Source of the DNA: Entomortierella parvispora E1425
Taxonomy: Eukaryota > Fungi > Mortierellomycota
NCBI GenBank assembly: GCA_020891255.1
Contig: BQFW01000003.1
Span: 1,794,445 to 1,858,444, forward strand
DNA: 64,000 bases
Direction of reading: 5' to 3'
Positions 12,016 to 25,611 of this stretch are shown here, piece by piece. Position 1 is the stretch's first letter; every line of letters begins with the position of its first letter. The position numbers and the translations under genes are program-made. The notes beneath the pieces are model-generated. The model was given only the letters and a program-made list of their open reading frames with translations. It had not been told where the DNA came from and did not search any database.

Positions 12016-13452
12016 ATGCCTCCAACTCGACCGACATTCAATGAGACCAGAAAGTCCGCAAGACGCTATGACGACTCGGGCATTATTTACAGAGACATTG
12101 CTTTTGTTTCTAGCGGCTCTCTTGCCATGAAGCAAACGACCTTAGATACGAATGCTGCGGACCGACAAGCAGAAGCTGCGAGTGTTAGCCAGGTAAGAAC
12201 TGCCCAGTACTGAATCCTTTGTAGCCTTTCTCCTTACTGATGCTCATGGATGGGAAAATAGCTAAAAATCCTAATTGTTGTTGTTGTTGTTGTCTTGTTT
12301 TTTATATTGGACATTTGTAGATCTATAGGTCTGTGCTGTCAACGCCTTCTATAAGAGCAGCGCCAACGAAAAGGAGGCGGTCGGGATCAAGGAGTACTAT
12401 ACCGCCAATGGCACCCAATATAAGCCCTGAAATATCTAGGACATCAAATGCAGAAGTAGTGTCGGCACTAGATTCAAGTCTTTCAATACCAACACCTACG
12501 AAGACTCCCTCAACGTCAATACAATATGAATCAAGCGCAGCCGGTTCATTTAGCAAATCCAGGACAGGGATTGACGAGACAATACGCAGGAATTGGCAGA
12601 GCACCCGCAATGTAGGATTGTCCGAAGAAGGAGACAATAGCAGCATCAACAAACTGCTTGACGAAAACAAGACGAATGAAGCAGGACCAGGAGTCCTAGA
12701 TACATTTCCAAGGCAATCACCGGCGCCATCCTTACCATTATTAACAGAAGATATACCCAAAAGGACCGTGGCTCCTGGATATGTCCTCTGTAAACCATGT
12801 GAAATGGAAGTTCGAGAAGCTGATTGGGAGCGACATCAGAGTGGAACCGCTCACTTGATGTCTAAGGAATCGCCCATACAACCTATGGATAGATTGAAGC
12901 TTGGACTTGTAAGACGACTTATCCTACTTTCAGTTCTCTGCAGTTTTTTTTACCAATGATAGAGCATTGTGTGCTATGAGGGTAGCTTTTAACTCTTGAC
13001 AGCTAATATTGATTTGACTAACTTTTATTAGGAAAACAAAGGATTCAGGATGTTGATCAATAGTGGATGGGATTACGACAAAGGCTTGGGCGTACAAGGA
13101 CAGGGTGCGCGTCATCCAGTCGCAACTCGACTGAAACATGATCGATTGGCATTGGGGGCTGCCGGTACGAGTAAAAAAGTAATTACTCACACCATTGAAG
13201 AGATTGAGGCAAGTCGGACTAAAACCGACACTGCGAAGGTAATCACAGGAATACACGATCTCTTTTTTTTCTTATTTTCTTTTTTTTTTTTGTCGAAAGG
13301 ATATACTTGTGGTTCAATGTTCCAACACGCTTTCTTTTTCCTACGCCCATTAGTCCAAGAGGCGAGTCCCACTAAATGCAGAGGATTATCGTCGCAAAGC
13401 CGTCAAAGAGAACAAAGATAGAGTCAATCTGATGGCCTATATGAAGGCATAG
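12016..13452 (+). CDS. G-patch domain protein (GPANK1 C-terminal-like), multi-exon
   Basis: CKPC..H..GTAH zinc-finger-like motif. G-patch NKGFRML..SGWDYDKGLGVQGQGARHPV. Last exon SKRRVPLNAEDYRRKAVKENKDRVNLMAYMKA*. Confidence 0.8.
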
Positions 13453-14064
13453 ATAAACCTAATGGAGCAAAAAAAAAAAAAAAAAAAAAAAAAGGCGCCC
13501 TCTAACGCTTAGTTTGTTTTGGTGACAAGAAATCTTTGGCCATGTTCTCACTTTCTCACTTTGAAAACAAATAATGATCAGAGAGCAGAAAAATGTGGGC
13601 CAGGTTACAACACGGCCAGCCACAAAAAGGCAGGTCAACATATTTCCAGCTGGCCTAGGCCCCTGTGCAGGCCACCAAGAGACCACTTCGGGAACCCTGC
13701 TTGGGGTGGTGTCAAAGATGAATCCAGGGCGGTTTCGGTTTCTGCTATTCACAGCTTCTCATCTAGAAAGGGAAAGCCCCCCGCGCCATCTCGCGTCTTT
13801 TCATCACCCTGTCCTCGTTTCCTTGACGCCACGTTATCTGTTAGTCAGTTGGACTGTCGGTCTGTCAATATCGGAGCATTTGTGGTGTTTGTCTTTTCTT
13901 CAGAACTGTTGTGATTTTTTATTATGTTTCGTCAAACAAAACCACCTTGTGCGTTTCCAATCTTTTTAAAGAGGTGTGGAAAGTGACAAACGAAAACAAG
14001 ACAGGGAATGACCCTGGTGGGGCACCACTTTTTTTTTTGACAGAAAAAAACAAGACGGTACAGT

Positions 14065-14873
14065 TTAGAGGACCAAAGCTGTGGCCAGCACAACCGAAGC
14101 CGTCAAAGCCGCCGAGACCTTGACCAACAAAGATGCATCTACACGACTGCCAGCACTCGTGGAACCGTTTCCATCGTCGCCTGGGGGAGTGGACACCGTT
14201 GGGGCTGCAGCTGCAATGGAGGTAGCGGAGGCAAGAGCAGGACCCAGCTGAGGATCGGCCGTTTGTTTGGCAGCTTCAACATAGTTGGCATACGTTTTGC
14301 AGAGGCTGTCCAAGTTTGCAGGAGTAATCATATGCTGTTCTGTCGTGCCGGTCAACATGCAATTTTCACTGGCAGATGCCAGTGGGTAGAATCCTACAGA
14401 AAAAAAGGGGAAACGTTCAGTACTCTTTATCCTCTGCTAGTGCTGTTGCTGTTTCTGTTGCTGTTTGCTGCAGGTCCAAACAAAAGGGGCGACCTCATCG
14501 GCCAAAACGAAGCTAGCGTAGAACCTTTCTCCTCCTTCGCTCGTTGCAATTTAAAATTTTCCCGGATACAAAGGAAAATAGTTTCTCTTGGTCCCTTTTT
14601 GGGCAGAGCTGGGTAAAGAGAGGTCAGTCGAGTGGGGTGACACATACCAGGTTTACAGATGCATGGCACCCATGCTTGATCCGAATCCGCGTTAGGGATG
14701 GCGGTTCCATTCTTTGTGCAGGGAGAGACCCATTCCTTGTAGAGAGTATGGAGGGGTGCGCACTGGGGCTTGGTTGTGCTTTGAGCGTCCGCGACCGAGA
14801 GGTTGGTGGAAGCAGAGATGAGCGAGACCACGACCAGCATGGCAGCAAAGGAGTAGGATGAGAGACGGGGCAT
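14065..14873 (-). CDS. Secreted Cys-containing, probably GPI-anchored cell-surface protein; intron 14394-14647
   Basis: Signal peptide MPRLSSYSFAAMLVVVSLISA, about 6 Cys, S/T/A-rich linker and hydrophobic C-terminus. The splice keeps frame (CKP G|FYPL). Confidence 0.75.
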
Positions 14874-15372
14874 TATGAGAAACTGGAGGGGAACGGTATT
14901 TTCGTTGAAAGGAGGAAAAGAAGGAATGAGTAAAGGGAGACGAAGACAGAGAAGGCAAGAGAAAGCGAGAAACAAGGCTGAGATAATTGGAGGTGTGAGT
15001 GAGTGAAGGAACGGGCCTGTGTGAGAGGGGGCAGAAGAGTCGCGACGGAGAGACGGAGGAGAATGAATGTCAGGAACGGGATGCGTGAGCGGACGGATGG
15101 AGGAGAAGAGAAGGGTGATGGCGACAGAGGGAAGGGCAGGTGCAATGGACAAGGAAGCAAGATGGAGGTAGTCGAGAAACGGCGGCTGCCAAGGAGAGGA
15201 GCACGCACCTCCTCGACGCCGAGGGCACGCTTCCCGCTAGGCCTCGAATTCCTGGTGCTGACCGAGCGTCGGTTCTGTCTTTTCGCTCTTTTCCAGGGGC
15301 GGAGAATGGCGCGCGGCACGCTTTGGTGGGTCACGTGTTACCTTGTTTTTGGTGTTTATTTTTGTGCCTCAA

Positions 15373-17090
15373 CTACTGCTGCTTCTGGCTCTGGATCGTA
15401 GAGGGTGCAAACCCAAAGCCATCCTTTAGTGACACTCCAAACTCGGCACAGATCACTTTAATCATTGCAAAATGGTGGACCTGGAGAAAAGAAACATTAG
15501 AAACAAGTCATTTTCTCAGTGAAGATTATCTCAGCTCTGGTTACAGTCTCTTACCGCATGCAAGCTACAAAACCAGAGTTCACGTCCAAAAGTTGTCTGG
15601 AAGTTAACTGGAGGAAGGACCGGATCAATGGTCGCTTGGAGTGTAAGTGGATGCAGTAAGTCCGATGGAACGCCGTTGGATTCCTTTCGCACAGAGTCAT
15701 CTGATGGGTCTCGGTAACGCTCTAGCAAAAACTGAAGCCGTTCCAGCTCTTGCATAGCAAAGTCCATATCTGTTTCCATTGGAACCTATCATACAAAGAC
15801 ACAAATCATACTGTGTAAATATCCCATACTGGATCATTGTCAACAAAGATACCGGAGGGTTACCTCTCTTGATCGCTTGTCGTAATCCACAGACCACTCG
15901 CTGTCTGCAGATTTGCCCTAATGTTCCATGTTGAGATAATACATCAGCTCCTCGAAGACTAAACTAATGAAAAATGGACCAAGCAGGCAACATGGGAGTC
16001 ATATTCCGCTGGCCCTCTATCTGAGTTGATCGTTCCTTGCTGGCATTCAGCTGTACTTCGGATCCCACAGTTTTACAGTGTTGAACACCATGGACAGCAG
16101 TTATGTACTTCGTCGATAGAACTTTTACTATGGCCTCAGTGCAGGCAGATTGACGCGACAGGCACCCATTGGAAACAGAGTCACATCATTTGGTAGAAAC
16201 TGCCTCAAAGTTACGCCATTGTCGTGCTCAACGAACGCATGCAGTTTACTGCTCTCCCAATGTGGCATGGTTCCCTCATTCCTTGGAATTTTAGTCGGTG
16301 GTTGCAAATTCGTCCGATATCCATCCTGCATCTCCTTTTCTGCGCCTTGTCTCTTGTAATCCTGACATAGACCATAGGTGCCTCGTTTGTCTCTTACCTG
16401 TGCAGGTGGGTATGTTTCAAACAGCAGACGATAGTGATCATGCAAATGTCGAACATGCTTCCCGATTGTTCCCTTGCAGGCTAGGACCGATGGTTTTGTA
16501 TAGATCTCGGATTTCTTGCAAGTTGGTAATACGATCAACCCAGCAGCAGCAGCGGCTTGGGCCGCTGCCTTGTTTTCCACCATCCCCTTGTATTCTTCTG
16601 GAACCACTGTGGTCTTCGTCGTGTGCTGTTGCTGTTGTTGTGGCGGTAGTGGTTGTTCTCCATTTTCGGAATCTTGTGATCCTGTGCGACTCATGTGGTG
16701 GATCTCCTGCATGGAAGTGCGTGAGCAACTCGAGCCAGGTCGGGAAAGGAGAGACCCAGAGGCGGCAACGTGAGTAAGACCATTGGTGTGACCATGGCCA
16801 TTGCTGCTGGTCTTGTTATCGTTTCTGTTTCCATGACCGTTGCCTCTGGCCTCGCCTACGTTCCCATCGTGATCCTTTTTAGCACCATGTTCTTCTTCAT
16901 CCTGCTCCGCAACTATTGCCTCTTTGAGGGTTTGAAGGAGCTCCACGCAGTCTTGGAGCGAACGTGCAGCCACGGTGAATATATGGCGAGCATGGCTAGT
17001 TTCCTCTGGCGTTTGATGTGGCATACGGGTAGCTCTCTGAGAAGCTGTAGAGGACGTGGCCACTGGTGTTGGAGAGGATGATGTGGCCAT
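15373..17090 (-). CDS. DinB/YfiT-like putative metalloprotein, 4 exons
   Basis: GTIGKHVRHLHDHY, DYDKRSRE|VPMETD, TTFGRELWFCSLHA|VHHFAMIKVI: the His pattern of DinB-like proteins. GT..AG junctions keep frame. Confidence 0.7.
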
Positions 17091-17392
17091 TTTTTTCCTT
17101 GCTTTTGGCGAAAGTGAAAGATAGACGTGTCTATCGACGTGGAGTGGATAGGGCGAAAAGGACGACAGTCTAAGCTTATGGAGGAGAAGAGTGAAAGAAT
17201 GAGATAAAGAGGGTTTACAGCAAAGATTGAATGAGGGAAGGTAATTGAGTGCGTGAATGGAGAGAAATGAAGCGAAGTTGCGCTGGCGCTTCTTTTGTCC
17301 TCAGAAAGATGGATGGGGTCAATCTGACGCCATTTTTGAAAGATTTCTTACACGTGACTCCCGATGATTTTATTTGATTCTAAACTTATTTG

Positions 17393-18474
17393 TCAGGAGG
17401 CCGAACTGGCACGGATGCCATTAAGACTATTCAGCATGTTGCTGTGTTCCTGGGACAACGTCGTCGCAGGTATATGCTGTTGCTGCTGTTGATGTGGCTG
17501 CTGTGGGTGCTGTTGGCCTGGCGAAGGTTGATGCTGATGTTGCGGTTGCTGCGACTGCAACTGGTTCAAATATCCAGACTCCTTCATGGCGCTCAAGCGC
17601 TCGGGTCGAAAGCCGGCGTTGAGTCCCATCAGCAAATCCGACTTCACTTTGGCTGACCTGGCTGCTGCTGCTGCTGCTGCTGCTGAGTTAAGGCCATTGT
17701 TGATACTGTTGTGGAGATTATTTGGGTTCACCAGCGGACTATGGTTCAACATAGGTGACTCTCCCTGACCAAACGCCATTGGATAGGCATCCAGGCTGTT
17801 GGGTTTGAGTGGTGAGTACTACAAAAGTAAATGGTAAAACAAGATGTTAATGACTCGAATTTCAAAGATCAACTACACGGGTAATGGAATGGGATAGAAC
17901 TGTGGTCACTTACGTCCATGCGCATGTTCCCCAAGCCAAACTGCTGAAGCATTGGTGAGTTGTCCAGTCCGTTACGACTGGCAAGGTCTATTTTGAAGGA
18001 AGTAGATGAAGAAGTGAGTGGCCTGCCAGCAGAAAGAAAGATTCCAAATCCATCCATGAAATCTCGTAATGTCTTCGCACCTGGCATAGAATCATTCATA
18101 TGACCAAAATTGGATCCAAAGCTACTCATGGAAGGTTGCTGCAATACTTCTACCAATGACGGTCGAGGCACACCAGAGGAAGAGATGCGGGCAGACATGA
18201 TAGCTGGATCTTGGAATGCCAATGAAGTAGGAGTACCTGCAGAAACAGGGAAGGTGATATGACAACAAATAAGTAAATGATAACCAATTTTTGCTCCGAA
18301 CCCGAGATGTAGAGACGGACACTCATCATCTTACCTTGCGAGCTGCTGCTCGCTGCTGAAACTGTTGGGGCTGAAGATGCTGCTGCGGCTTTCAAAAAGG
18401 CACCAAAGAAATCCTGAGCATTGTGTGAGCTGCGATTTTGAGAGTTGCCAGCGACATGTTGCTGCTGTTGTTGA

Positions 18475-18515
<41 letters not shown>

Positions 18516-21500
18516 ATGCTGCAGATTATTTTCGCCAGTCCAGCTGCCGAGCCGTGATATCTGAGGACGCTGTTGCTGCTGTTGTTGCTGTTGTTGTTGT
18601 TGTTGTTGTTGCTGGAATTGCTGTTGTTGAAGCTGCTGCTGCTGTTGAAGTAATTGTAAGCGTTGTAATTGCTGTAATTGCTGCTGCTGCTGCTGATGCT
18701 GCTGCTGATGTTGCTGCTGCTGATGCTGCTGTTGTTGCTGCTGTTGTTGCTGCTGTTGAAGCTGATGTTGCTGGAGGCTATGTTGCTGGTGTTGAGGCGC
18801 AGACCATCCTCCCGCGTTCTCATTGCGGAGCAAGTTTTCGAGTCCTGGGGGTGGAGACTTGACCATGGAAGGCGTCAAGCTGTTGCTCGTTAAACCAGGC
18901 GGGCCAGCACGCCTTGGAGGCTGTTGCTGAGTGTATTGAGATGGACGTGGAGGTTGTGATCCCATTTGTTGGTACTCAGTCATCCGGGAACTGGGTGCAG
19001 TAAGCATGGGGTCAATGTTGAGTTGATTCATACTTCGTTGGAATGCATATCCGCTATCCGCTAACTTGTTGCCCCACAATCCTGCTGAGCTCTGCTGCGT
19101 CTGCTCTTGGCGCTGCAGCGACGGGGAACCGAGGAAAGGCGTGGACTGCTGTGACTGTTGGAACTGTTGTTGTTGCTGTCGCTGTTGCTGCTGAAGATGC
19201 TGCAATTGTTGCTGCTGTTGTTGCTGCTGTTGTTGCTGCTGTTGATAGCCCAGTGCAGAATTGTTCTGTTGACCAAAGCTGACATTCACATTGGGGAAGA
19301 GCGCTCGGAGCCCGTCCTGCATCGACTGCATACTGCCAGAAGGGTCACCATACTCATCACGGCCCTGCGAGGTGTCGCTGTCCACCGCAAACCCAAACCG
19401 AGATGTCTGTCTGGGCTTTCCAGGGATTGGCGGTCCTACAGGGCGGTTACGATTTCCAGTTGGGTCGTAATCAGCGTCATCCAAGAAGGACCGTGAAGGA
19501 GGAGCCATTGGGCGGCGCCCTGAGAGGTCGTCGTCCAATGAGAATGGGTTAAAGGATCCTGTGTAGTTGGTAGGCGTAACGGCCATGTTTGAGAAGGCTG
19601 AAAAGGTATCCAGACCAAAGGCGCCCGGAGCTTCGGCGCCTGCAGGGATAGTTGCCAAGGAAGCATCGGGGTTAAATGAGAAGGAACCAAGAGTCAAGGT
19701 TGGTCGGATCTGAGCCAGTCGGGCCTCTTCTGCCTTCCTCTCGCGCTCGCGTTCTTCTTCTTCCTCTTGCAAGCGTTTGGCCTCTGCCTCCCTTTCTTTT
19801 CTTGCGAGCTCCTCCTGAGCCAATCGCTCCTGCCGTTCTCTCTCCTCTTTCTCTTTTTGGAGCCTTTGTTGTTCCTCCTGCTCCTCCCGCTCCTTCTCAA
19901 GACGCTCCTGTTCCTGCCGGGCCAGTCTCTCCTCCTCCTCCTTCTTTTTCAAAGCCGCGAGTTCCTCCCTTTTGATTCGTTCTTGCTCCTCTCTTCTAGC
20001 TTGCTCCTCTCGTTCTTTACGAATTATTTCTTGCCGCTCCTGCTCCTTCTTTTGCTCTTTTTCTCTTTGCTTCTGCATCTTCAGTTCCATCTCCTGCTGT
20101 TGCTTCTGTTTTTGGAGCTCAAGTTGACGCTGCTCTTCCTCCAGCTGCTTTTGCTTCCGCAGCTTTTGGTTAAGTAATTCAGCTTGGGCCTCAGCTTCTT
20201 GCTGTTGTTTCTGAAGGAGTATCTGCTGCTTCCTTTGCTGCTCTTGCTGTTGACGCTGCTCCAGGAGCATTTGTTGCTTCGCTGCTGCTTCGATCGCCAG
20301 GGCTTCTGCCGGTGTTGGGGCATCCACCACAGGAGCTGTCATGAAATGGTTCAAACGACAATAAAACGGATTAGAATGGCATTAGCGATTGATATGTCGT
20401 GTAAGTACAAAATGGCATGACTTACAATCCAGGAGAGTGCCGTCTTTCGCGTAATTAAGTTCTTTCCGTTTGCCGTTATTGACAACGATACCGGTGATAA
20501 TTGAGGATGTGGCCCCTTTCGAACGTAATGGGGGAGGTCCTTCAGATTTACGTGGTAAAGAGCTAAGTAGCGTCGGAGTCGATGGATTGCTTCCGATTTT
20601 CGCCCAAGATGCCGTCGCCGGTAGAGCTGATCCCTCCTCTTCTTTGCTATCACTGCCCCCTCGATCTCCACCAGGCGCAGGCCAATCGGATAAAGATGAG
20701 GTAGCCGAATGATAGGATGTGACAGTGGCAGGCTTGGGCCGTGGTGTCAATGTTGAAGCACCTGAACCTTGCGAAGGTAGCGGGGGACGATTACCACCAA
20801 GGACAGGAGTCTTTCCATAGGATTCGTATGCGCTGTCTTGATGTTTTCTACGTTGGACAGGGGTGGAGTAAAATTAGGCAATAGAGCATTGGCAAGGCTC
20901 AGAAACAAGAACAGGTCAATCATTACCCAACAGCGAGATCCTCCTTTGTATAGCTATCCGCCTCTTCTCCTGGCTCATGAAGATACATGCACCCAGGATT
21001 TTGACAAGACATGCCTCTCAAATAATATGAACAGTACTTTGTCGTGCCGTACGACGCCCTAAAAATGTACCCAAGAGATAGGTTAGTTTTCTGTAGATCT
21101 TCTTTCAAGGGGGCGCCACAGATTTAAAATGCGACTGACTGGCCAGCGAACAATTCCTCCATCCATGAGCCACTGGAATATCGGATTGATACCTGAGGAT
21201 CTTTCCATCCCATATGCTGCCGTCAATTGCCGCAATTGCTTTGGCGGCATCCTCTTTTCGGACATAAGTGATATAGACACCGACGCTGCTCTGTCCTGGC
21301 GATGATCCCACTTGCGGCATCGGAGCGTTCCGCCTATTGATGACAACTTTCGCAATTTTTCCGTATTGGCCAAAGTACTCCTGCTGCCTCAGCGTATGCT
21401 AGATCAGAAGTGCGGGTGAAAAACAGCGCGTTAGACAAGTTCGATCGACCACACTAGATTTGCTGTTCCTGATCCTGGTTTTTTTTTTTTTACCTCGTCG

Positions 21501-22098
21501 TTTGCAAGCTTGGATGGGAGACCGATCACATAGACGAGACTCTTTTGGACGACTCGCATGCTGGAAAGATGTTTCCTGTTCATTGCCTCCATTTCTTTCT
21601 TTTCACGTTCCTTAGCCTTCTTTTCATTCTTGATCATGGCCAGTCTAGAAAGTATACGGGACAAACAGTCCACCATTAGTTAGATAGACATCTTCCCTGA
21701 AATCACGGGGTATAATTGGGCTATATGGATGCACTTACTCGTCCGCAGAAATGGGCGTGAACTCGATCGTCTCCTCCGAGTACACTCGTCTACAGGCCGG
21801 ACAACGCCCATTTAGATCTTCTTTGATGTGGTGCCAGCAAAAGCGACAGATCTACAAAGCGGAATCCGGTAACAGGGTCAATTCTCTTGATCTAAAGAAA
21901 CATCCCCTGGAAAAAGGAGATGGACATAGTTTTCTGATCCATCGAAAGGAAAGCAGTATAGGAAATGACATGCGATTGATCAAACATGAGGGAATGCCGT
22001 ACCTGGTAGCCGCAGGGGCAGGGACGAAAGTTTCTGTCCGAGAGGTCAAACTCCTCCATGCACAGGGGGCAGTCGTAATCTTCTTCATCAGACATCAT
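17393..22098 (-). CDS. NOT4: CCR4-NOT E3 ligase subunit Not4 (RING, RRM, C3H) with a long coiled-coil and polyQ C-terminus, multi-exon
   Basis: CPLCMEEFDLSDRNFRPCPCGYQ RING, VVQKSLVYVIGL RRM, ASYGTTKYCSYYLRGMSCQNPGCMYLHEPG C3H zinc finger. Confidence 0.93.
18440..19260 (-). repeat. CAG/CAA polyglutamine tracts within NOT4
   Basis: Several (CAG/CAA)n runs, seen as tgc/ttg repeats on the + strand. Confidence 0.9.
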
Positions 22099-22464
22099 GA
22101 TTATGGACTGGTGAAATTAAAGCAAAAAAAGCTGTCAAGTGTAGAGACCAGGCTGTGTGGTAGAGAAGTAGCGGTGTGGTGGTGAAGAATGAGAGATAGG
22201 GCCGAGATGAGATTGGCTGCGATATAAGGGGGGGGTCAATCAAGCGAATGTGGATGAGGTGGAGACGAGACCCGGAGCGTGAATGTAAAGTGAATGGGAA
22301 TCTCAAGAGATGAATGCAGCGACGGCCGAGAGGGAGGGAGGGGATGAGGGATGAAGAGAAGAATGAAAGAAAGAGAAGAAAAGGAGATCTGCTCATCTCA
22401 TCTTTGTCGTCCATCACACTCATTCTCACACCCCTCCCCGGGGCGCGTCCAATGGGCGCCGTGT

Positions 22465-22472
22465 TGACGTCA
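22465..22472. promoter_or_regulatory. CRE palindrome TGACGTCA in the divergent NOT4/WDR70 promoter
   Basis: Perfect CRE with CCAAT at 22449, between head-to-head genes. Confidence 0.4.
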
Positions 22473-22782
22473 CTTGAGCCTGGGTGGTGCAGCAGATTGG
22501 ATCACTCTCTTTCTCCTTCATTCATGCCCACTCACGCTCCCTCTTGACTCTTCCAATCTCTTCTACCATGGACGTAAGGACGCTGATCCCCCGCCTTGGT
22601 TGCTCGACTCGTCTCACAATACCCAGTTTAGCTGCTAATCATTCATTCATTCATTCATTCATTCACAACTCTCTTAACAGGACAGCGACTTCGCAAAATA
22701 CTTTCCCGCCTCTTTTGGGAAATCCGCAAAGCCGAAGCCAAAGACAAAAGCTGAGCCCAAGAAAGTAGTCGCCGATGATGGC

Positions 22783-25012
22783 ATGGACGCGCTTCGGGCC
22801 TTCATGCCCACCTCATTCGGAAAGCAAAAGGCTCCACGGACCAGCTCTGCTCAATACGGAAAGTCAAAGTCTGAGCAAGAGCAAGAGCCGGAGACAGATC
22901 AGAGAGCAATGCACAAGAAGGTCAACAACGAGGTTGAGGAGGAGGAGGAGGTAAGCGATAGATCAACTTGTGAACTAACAGCCGCGCCTCAATGTCTTTC
23001 TCTGCTCACTTTTGTTTCTCTTTTATCTACAACAGTCAGTTGGCCCTAGTCCAGCTGGACAACCCACAGATTCAGGATCGGCGGTAGGATCCTCATCTAA
23101 AGCAACTGAAGCTGATAGCGAGGACGACGATAATGATAACGATACGCAGGACCATCCTTCATCCTCAGTGCTACCCATCTCTCACGAGATTGTATTAAAT
23201 GAGCATAGCAAGGTAATATTCGAGATTAAGTGATTTCTGTTCTCTGTTGCCAGCGGTTGACTGTTTCTTTTTCTTTTTGTGATTTAGACCGTTTCCGCCA
23301 TGGCTCTTGACCCTGCAGGAACGCGACTGGTCACAGGAGGATACGACTTCAACGTATGCTTTTGGGATTTTGCTGGCATGGATACTCGGTTCAAACCTTT
23401 CCGTTCAATGGAACCTTGCGGAGCTCATCAAATTCATGAGCTCAAGTACTCTCTGACAGGAGACAAGATTTTGATTATTTCAGGCGAGGCAAAGGCGAGA
23501 ATTTATGACAGGAATGGCGTCGAGATCGCAGACTACCAAAAGGGCGACCCATATATTCGAGACATGCGTTTGACCTCAGGACACGTTGCTGCACTAACCA
23601 GTGGAGGATGGCACCCTTACATTAAGGATCGGTTCGTGACCTCTTCTGCAGATGGAACCATTCGCCTGTGGGATGTCGAGAATGTACGAAAGCAGACAGA
23701 GGTTATTGCCTACAAAACTAAGGAGCGAGGTGGAAGGACCTCTGTGACGGCAGTCTCGTACAGCTCAGATGGAAAGATGATTGCTGGAGGTAACCAAACG
23801 GATGCAAGCATTTTTTTAAATTACCTCTTGATAACTAACAAATACTATGTCCTCTTTATAGCCGGAGCAGATGGCACCGTTTCATTATATTCAAGTGTTG
23901 GACCATTTTTGAGACCCATTCATGTAAGACTGAAAGACGTACTGCTATAGACACTGTTCACAAGGCACAGGAATATTGACGTCCCGATCTTTATCCCTTA
24001 TAGACAATCGAAAATGCCCATGCCAGGGGCTCTGACACTTCCTCTATTTTGTTTTCGCGGGACAGCCAGAGGATGGTCACTAGAGGTGGAGACGACACTG
24101 TGAAATGCAAGTCTATTGTGGAAACGTATTGCTCGCGAAGAACCATCGAGTGTTTTGTAAGAATAATTATTAACGGCATATATAATTTTCATCTTAGTGT
24201 GGGACATGCGCAATTTGAAACACCCAATGTTCATTGCAGAGGATGTCCCCTCATTGAATTCAGAATCAAACGTGATCTTTTCGCCAGACGAGCGTCTTAT
24301 CCTTACTGGCACAGGTGTCAAGAAGAACGAGGGCTACGGCAAGGTAGTCATGATGAACAGCGAGAATTTGGAAGTAGTGCGAACCGTCAGTGTCAGTCAG
24401 AGCAGTGTTGTCAAGGTTCTTTGGCACGACAAATTAAACCAGGTAATACAATCAGAATATTAATATAGCCGCACGACTGTAACTGTAAGCACTATTAACC
24501 ACGAATCAATTTGTTGATTTTAATAGATTATTACTGGTAATGCGGACGGATCAGTCCATGTTTATTATGATCCCGAAGTCTCTGTCAAGGGCGCAAAACT
24601 CTGTGCAAACAAAGCGCCTAAGAAACGTGCTGTGGACGACTATGAGATTGATCGACCCATCATCACACCCCATGCTCTTGCCATGTTCAAGGAAGACAAG
24701 GTCAGGACGAACAAACGGAAACAGGAAAAGATGCGGCAAGACCCTGTGGCCTCGCATCGTCCAGAAATGCCGTTGAGTGGGCCTGGAAAGGGCGGCAAAG
24801 TGGGCACCAACCTTACACAGCACGTATTAACGGATGTGGCTAAGGACAGGATGCGTGAAGAGGATCCACGTGAGGCCCTTTTGAGATATGCCGAGGTCAC
24901 AGAGAAGGATCCACAATGGATCTCACCTGCATACAAAATGAACCAGCCCAAGCCCGTGTATGATGATAGAGCTGATGGTGATGATCATCGCGAACTCAAG
25001 AGGAAGAAATAA
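22783..25012 (+). CDS. WDR70: WD40-repeat protein WDR70 family, multi-exon
   Basis: MDALRAFMPTSFGKQ N-terminus, KGDPYIRDMRLTSGHVA, and C-terminal DPVASHRPEMP..EDPREALLRYA..DPQWI, all typical of WDR70. Confidence 0.9.
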
Positions 25013-25128
25013 AGCACTCTAATCTCACAGTGATTACTAATGAGGATCTATCTCTCCGTTTACCGGAGGAATAATGAACCCATATAAAACCCTCGAGATA
25101 TCCAGCAGCTCGACGCTAAATTCACATC

Positions 25129-25611
25129 ATGGTCAGACTTTCTTTTTTGTTGCTACTTGCAGTTCTTCAGTCTGCTCGGAGGGCAGAAGCCGATAGCCCT
25201 ATTGCCTCTCCTCACCTTTACTCCAATCTGACCAAATCCAATTTTTCAGAGGCCCCTCCTCCGAAACGATGGAATGGAGACGTATACTCCTTGAAATGCC
25301 AGCAATGCTGGTCCATTTGTGCACCAAACTGCGATACAGCCTGTTGCAACTTGGGGATATCTCGTCTGCTTCCTGCTGCTGGACCTACTGCGATTGATGA
25401 GAATCGAGTTATTGGAGGAGGATGTGGAGGAGGATGTGGCGATGGAAGATGCGGCTATAGCGGAGGAAGTGGATATGGTCACCACCACTGCAGCAGTGCC
25501 TCATCCTCCTCGGTGTGGAACTTCTGGCCAGTGGAAGTTAGTCCTTTGAGTCGTATGAATTTTCCCTTGCTCACAGCGCTGATCGTAGCCTCGTTATATT
25601 GTTTAGGTTAG
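25129..25611 (+). CDS. Small secreted Cys/Gly-rich protein
   Basis: Signal peptide, CQQC..C..C..CC cluster, GGGCGGGCGDGRCG segment and hydrophobic tail. TATAAAA at 25083-25089. Confidence 0.65.
   Translation: MVRLSFLLLLAVLQSARRAEADSPIASPHLYSNLTKSNFSEAPPPKRWNGDVYSLKCQQCWSICAPNCDTACCNLGISRLLPAAGPTAIDENRVIGGGCGGGCGDGRCGYSGGSGYGHHHCSSASSSSVWNFWPVEVSPLSRMNFPLLTALIVASLYCLG

Noticed and set aside
13519-13969. Overlapping 131-aa ORFs, and a GGAAAGCCCC motif resembling RNase MRP CR-I
   Set aside because: No protein motifs and no matching CR-V. Probably 3' UTR/intergenic sequence.
18150-20420. Alternative-frame and antisense ORFs (poly-L, poly-A/V, poly-S/N)
   Set aside because: Artefacts of CAG/CAA and GAG repeats in NOT4.
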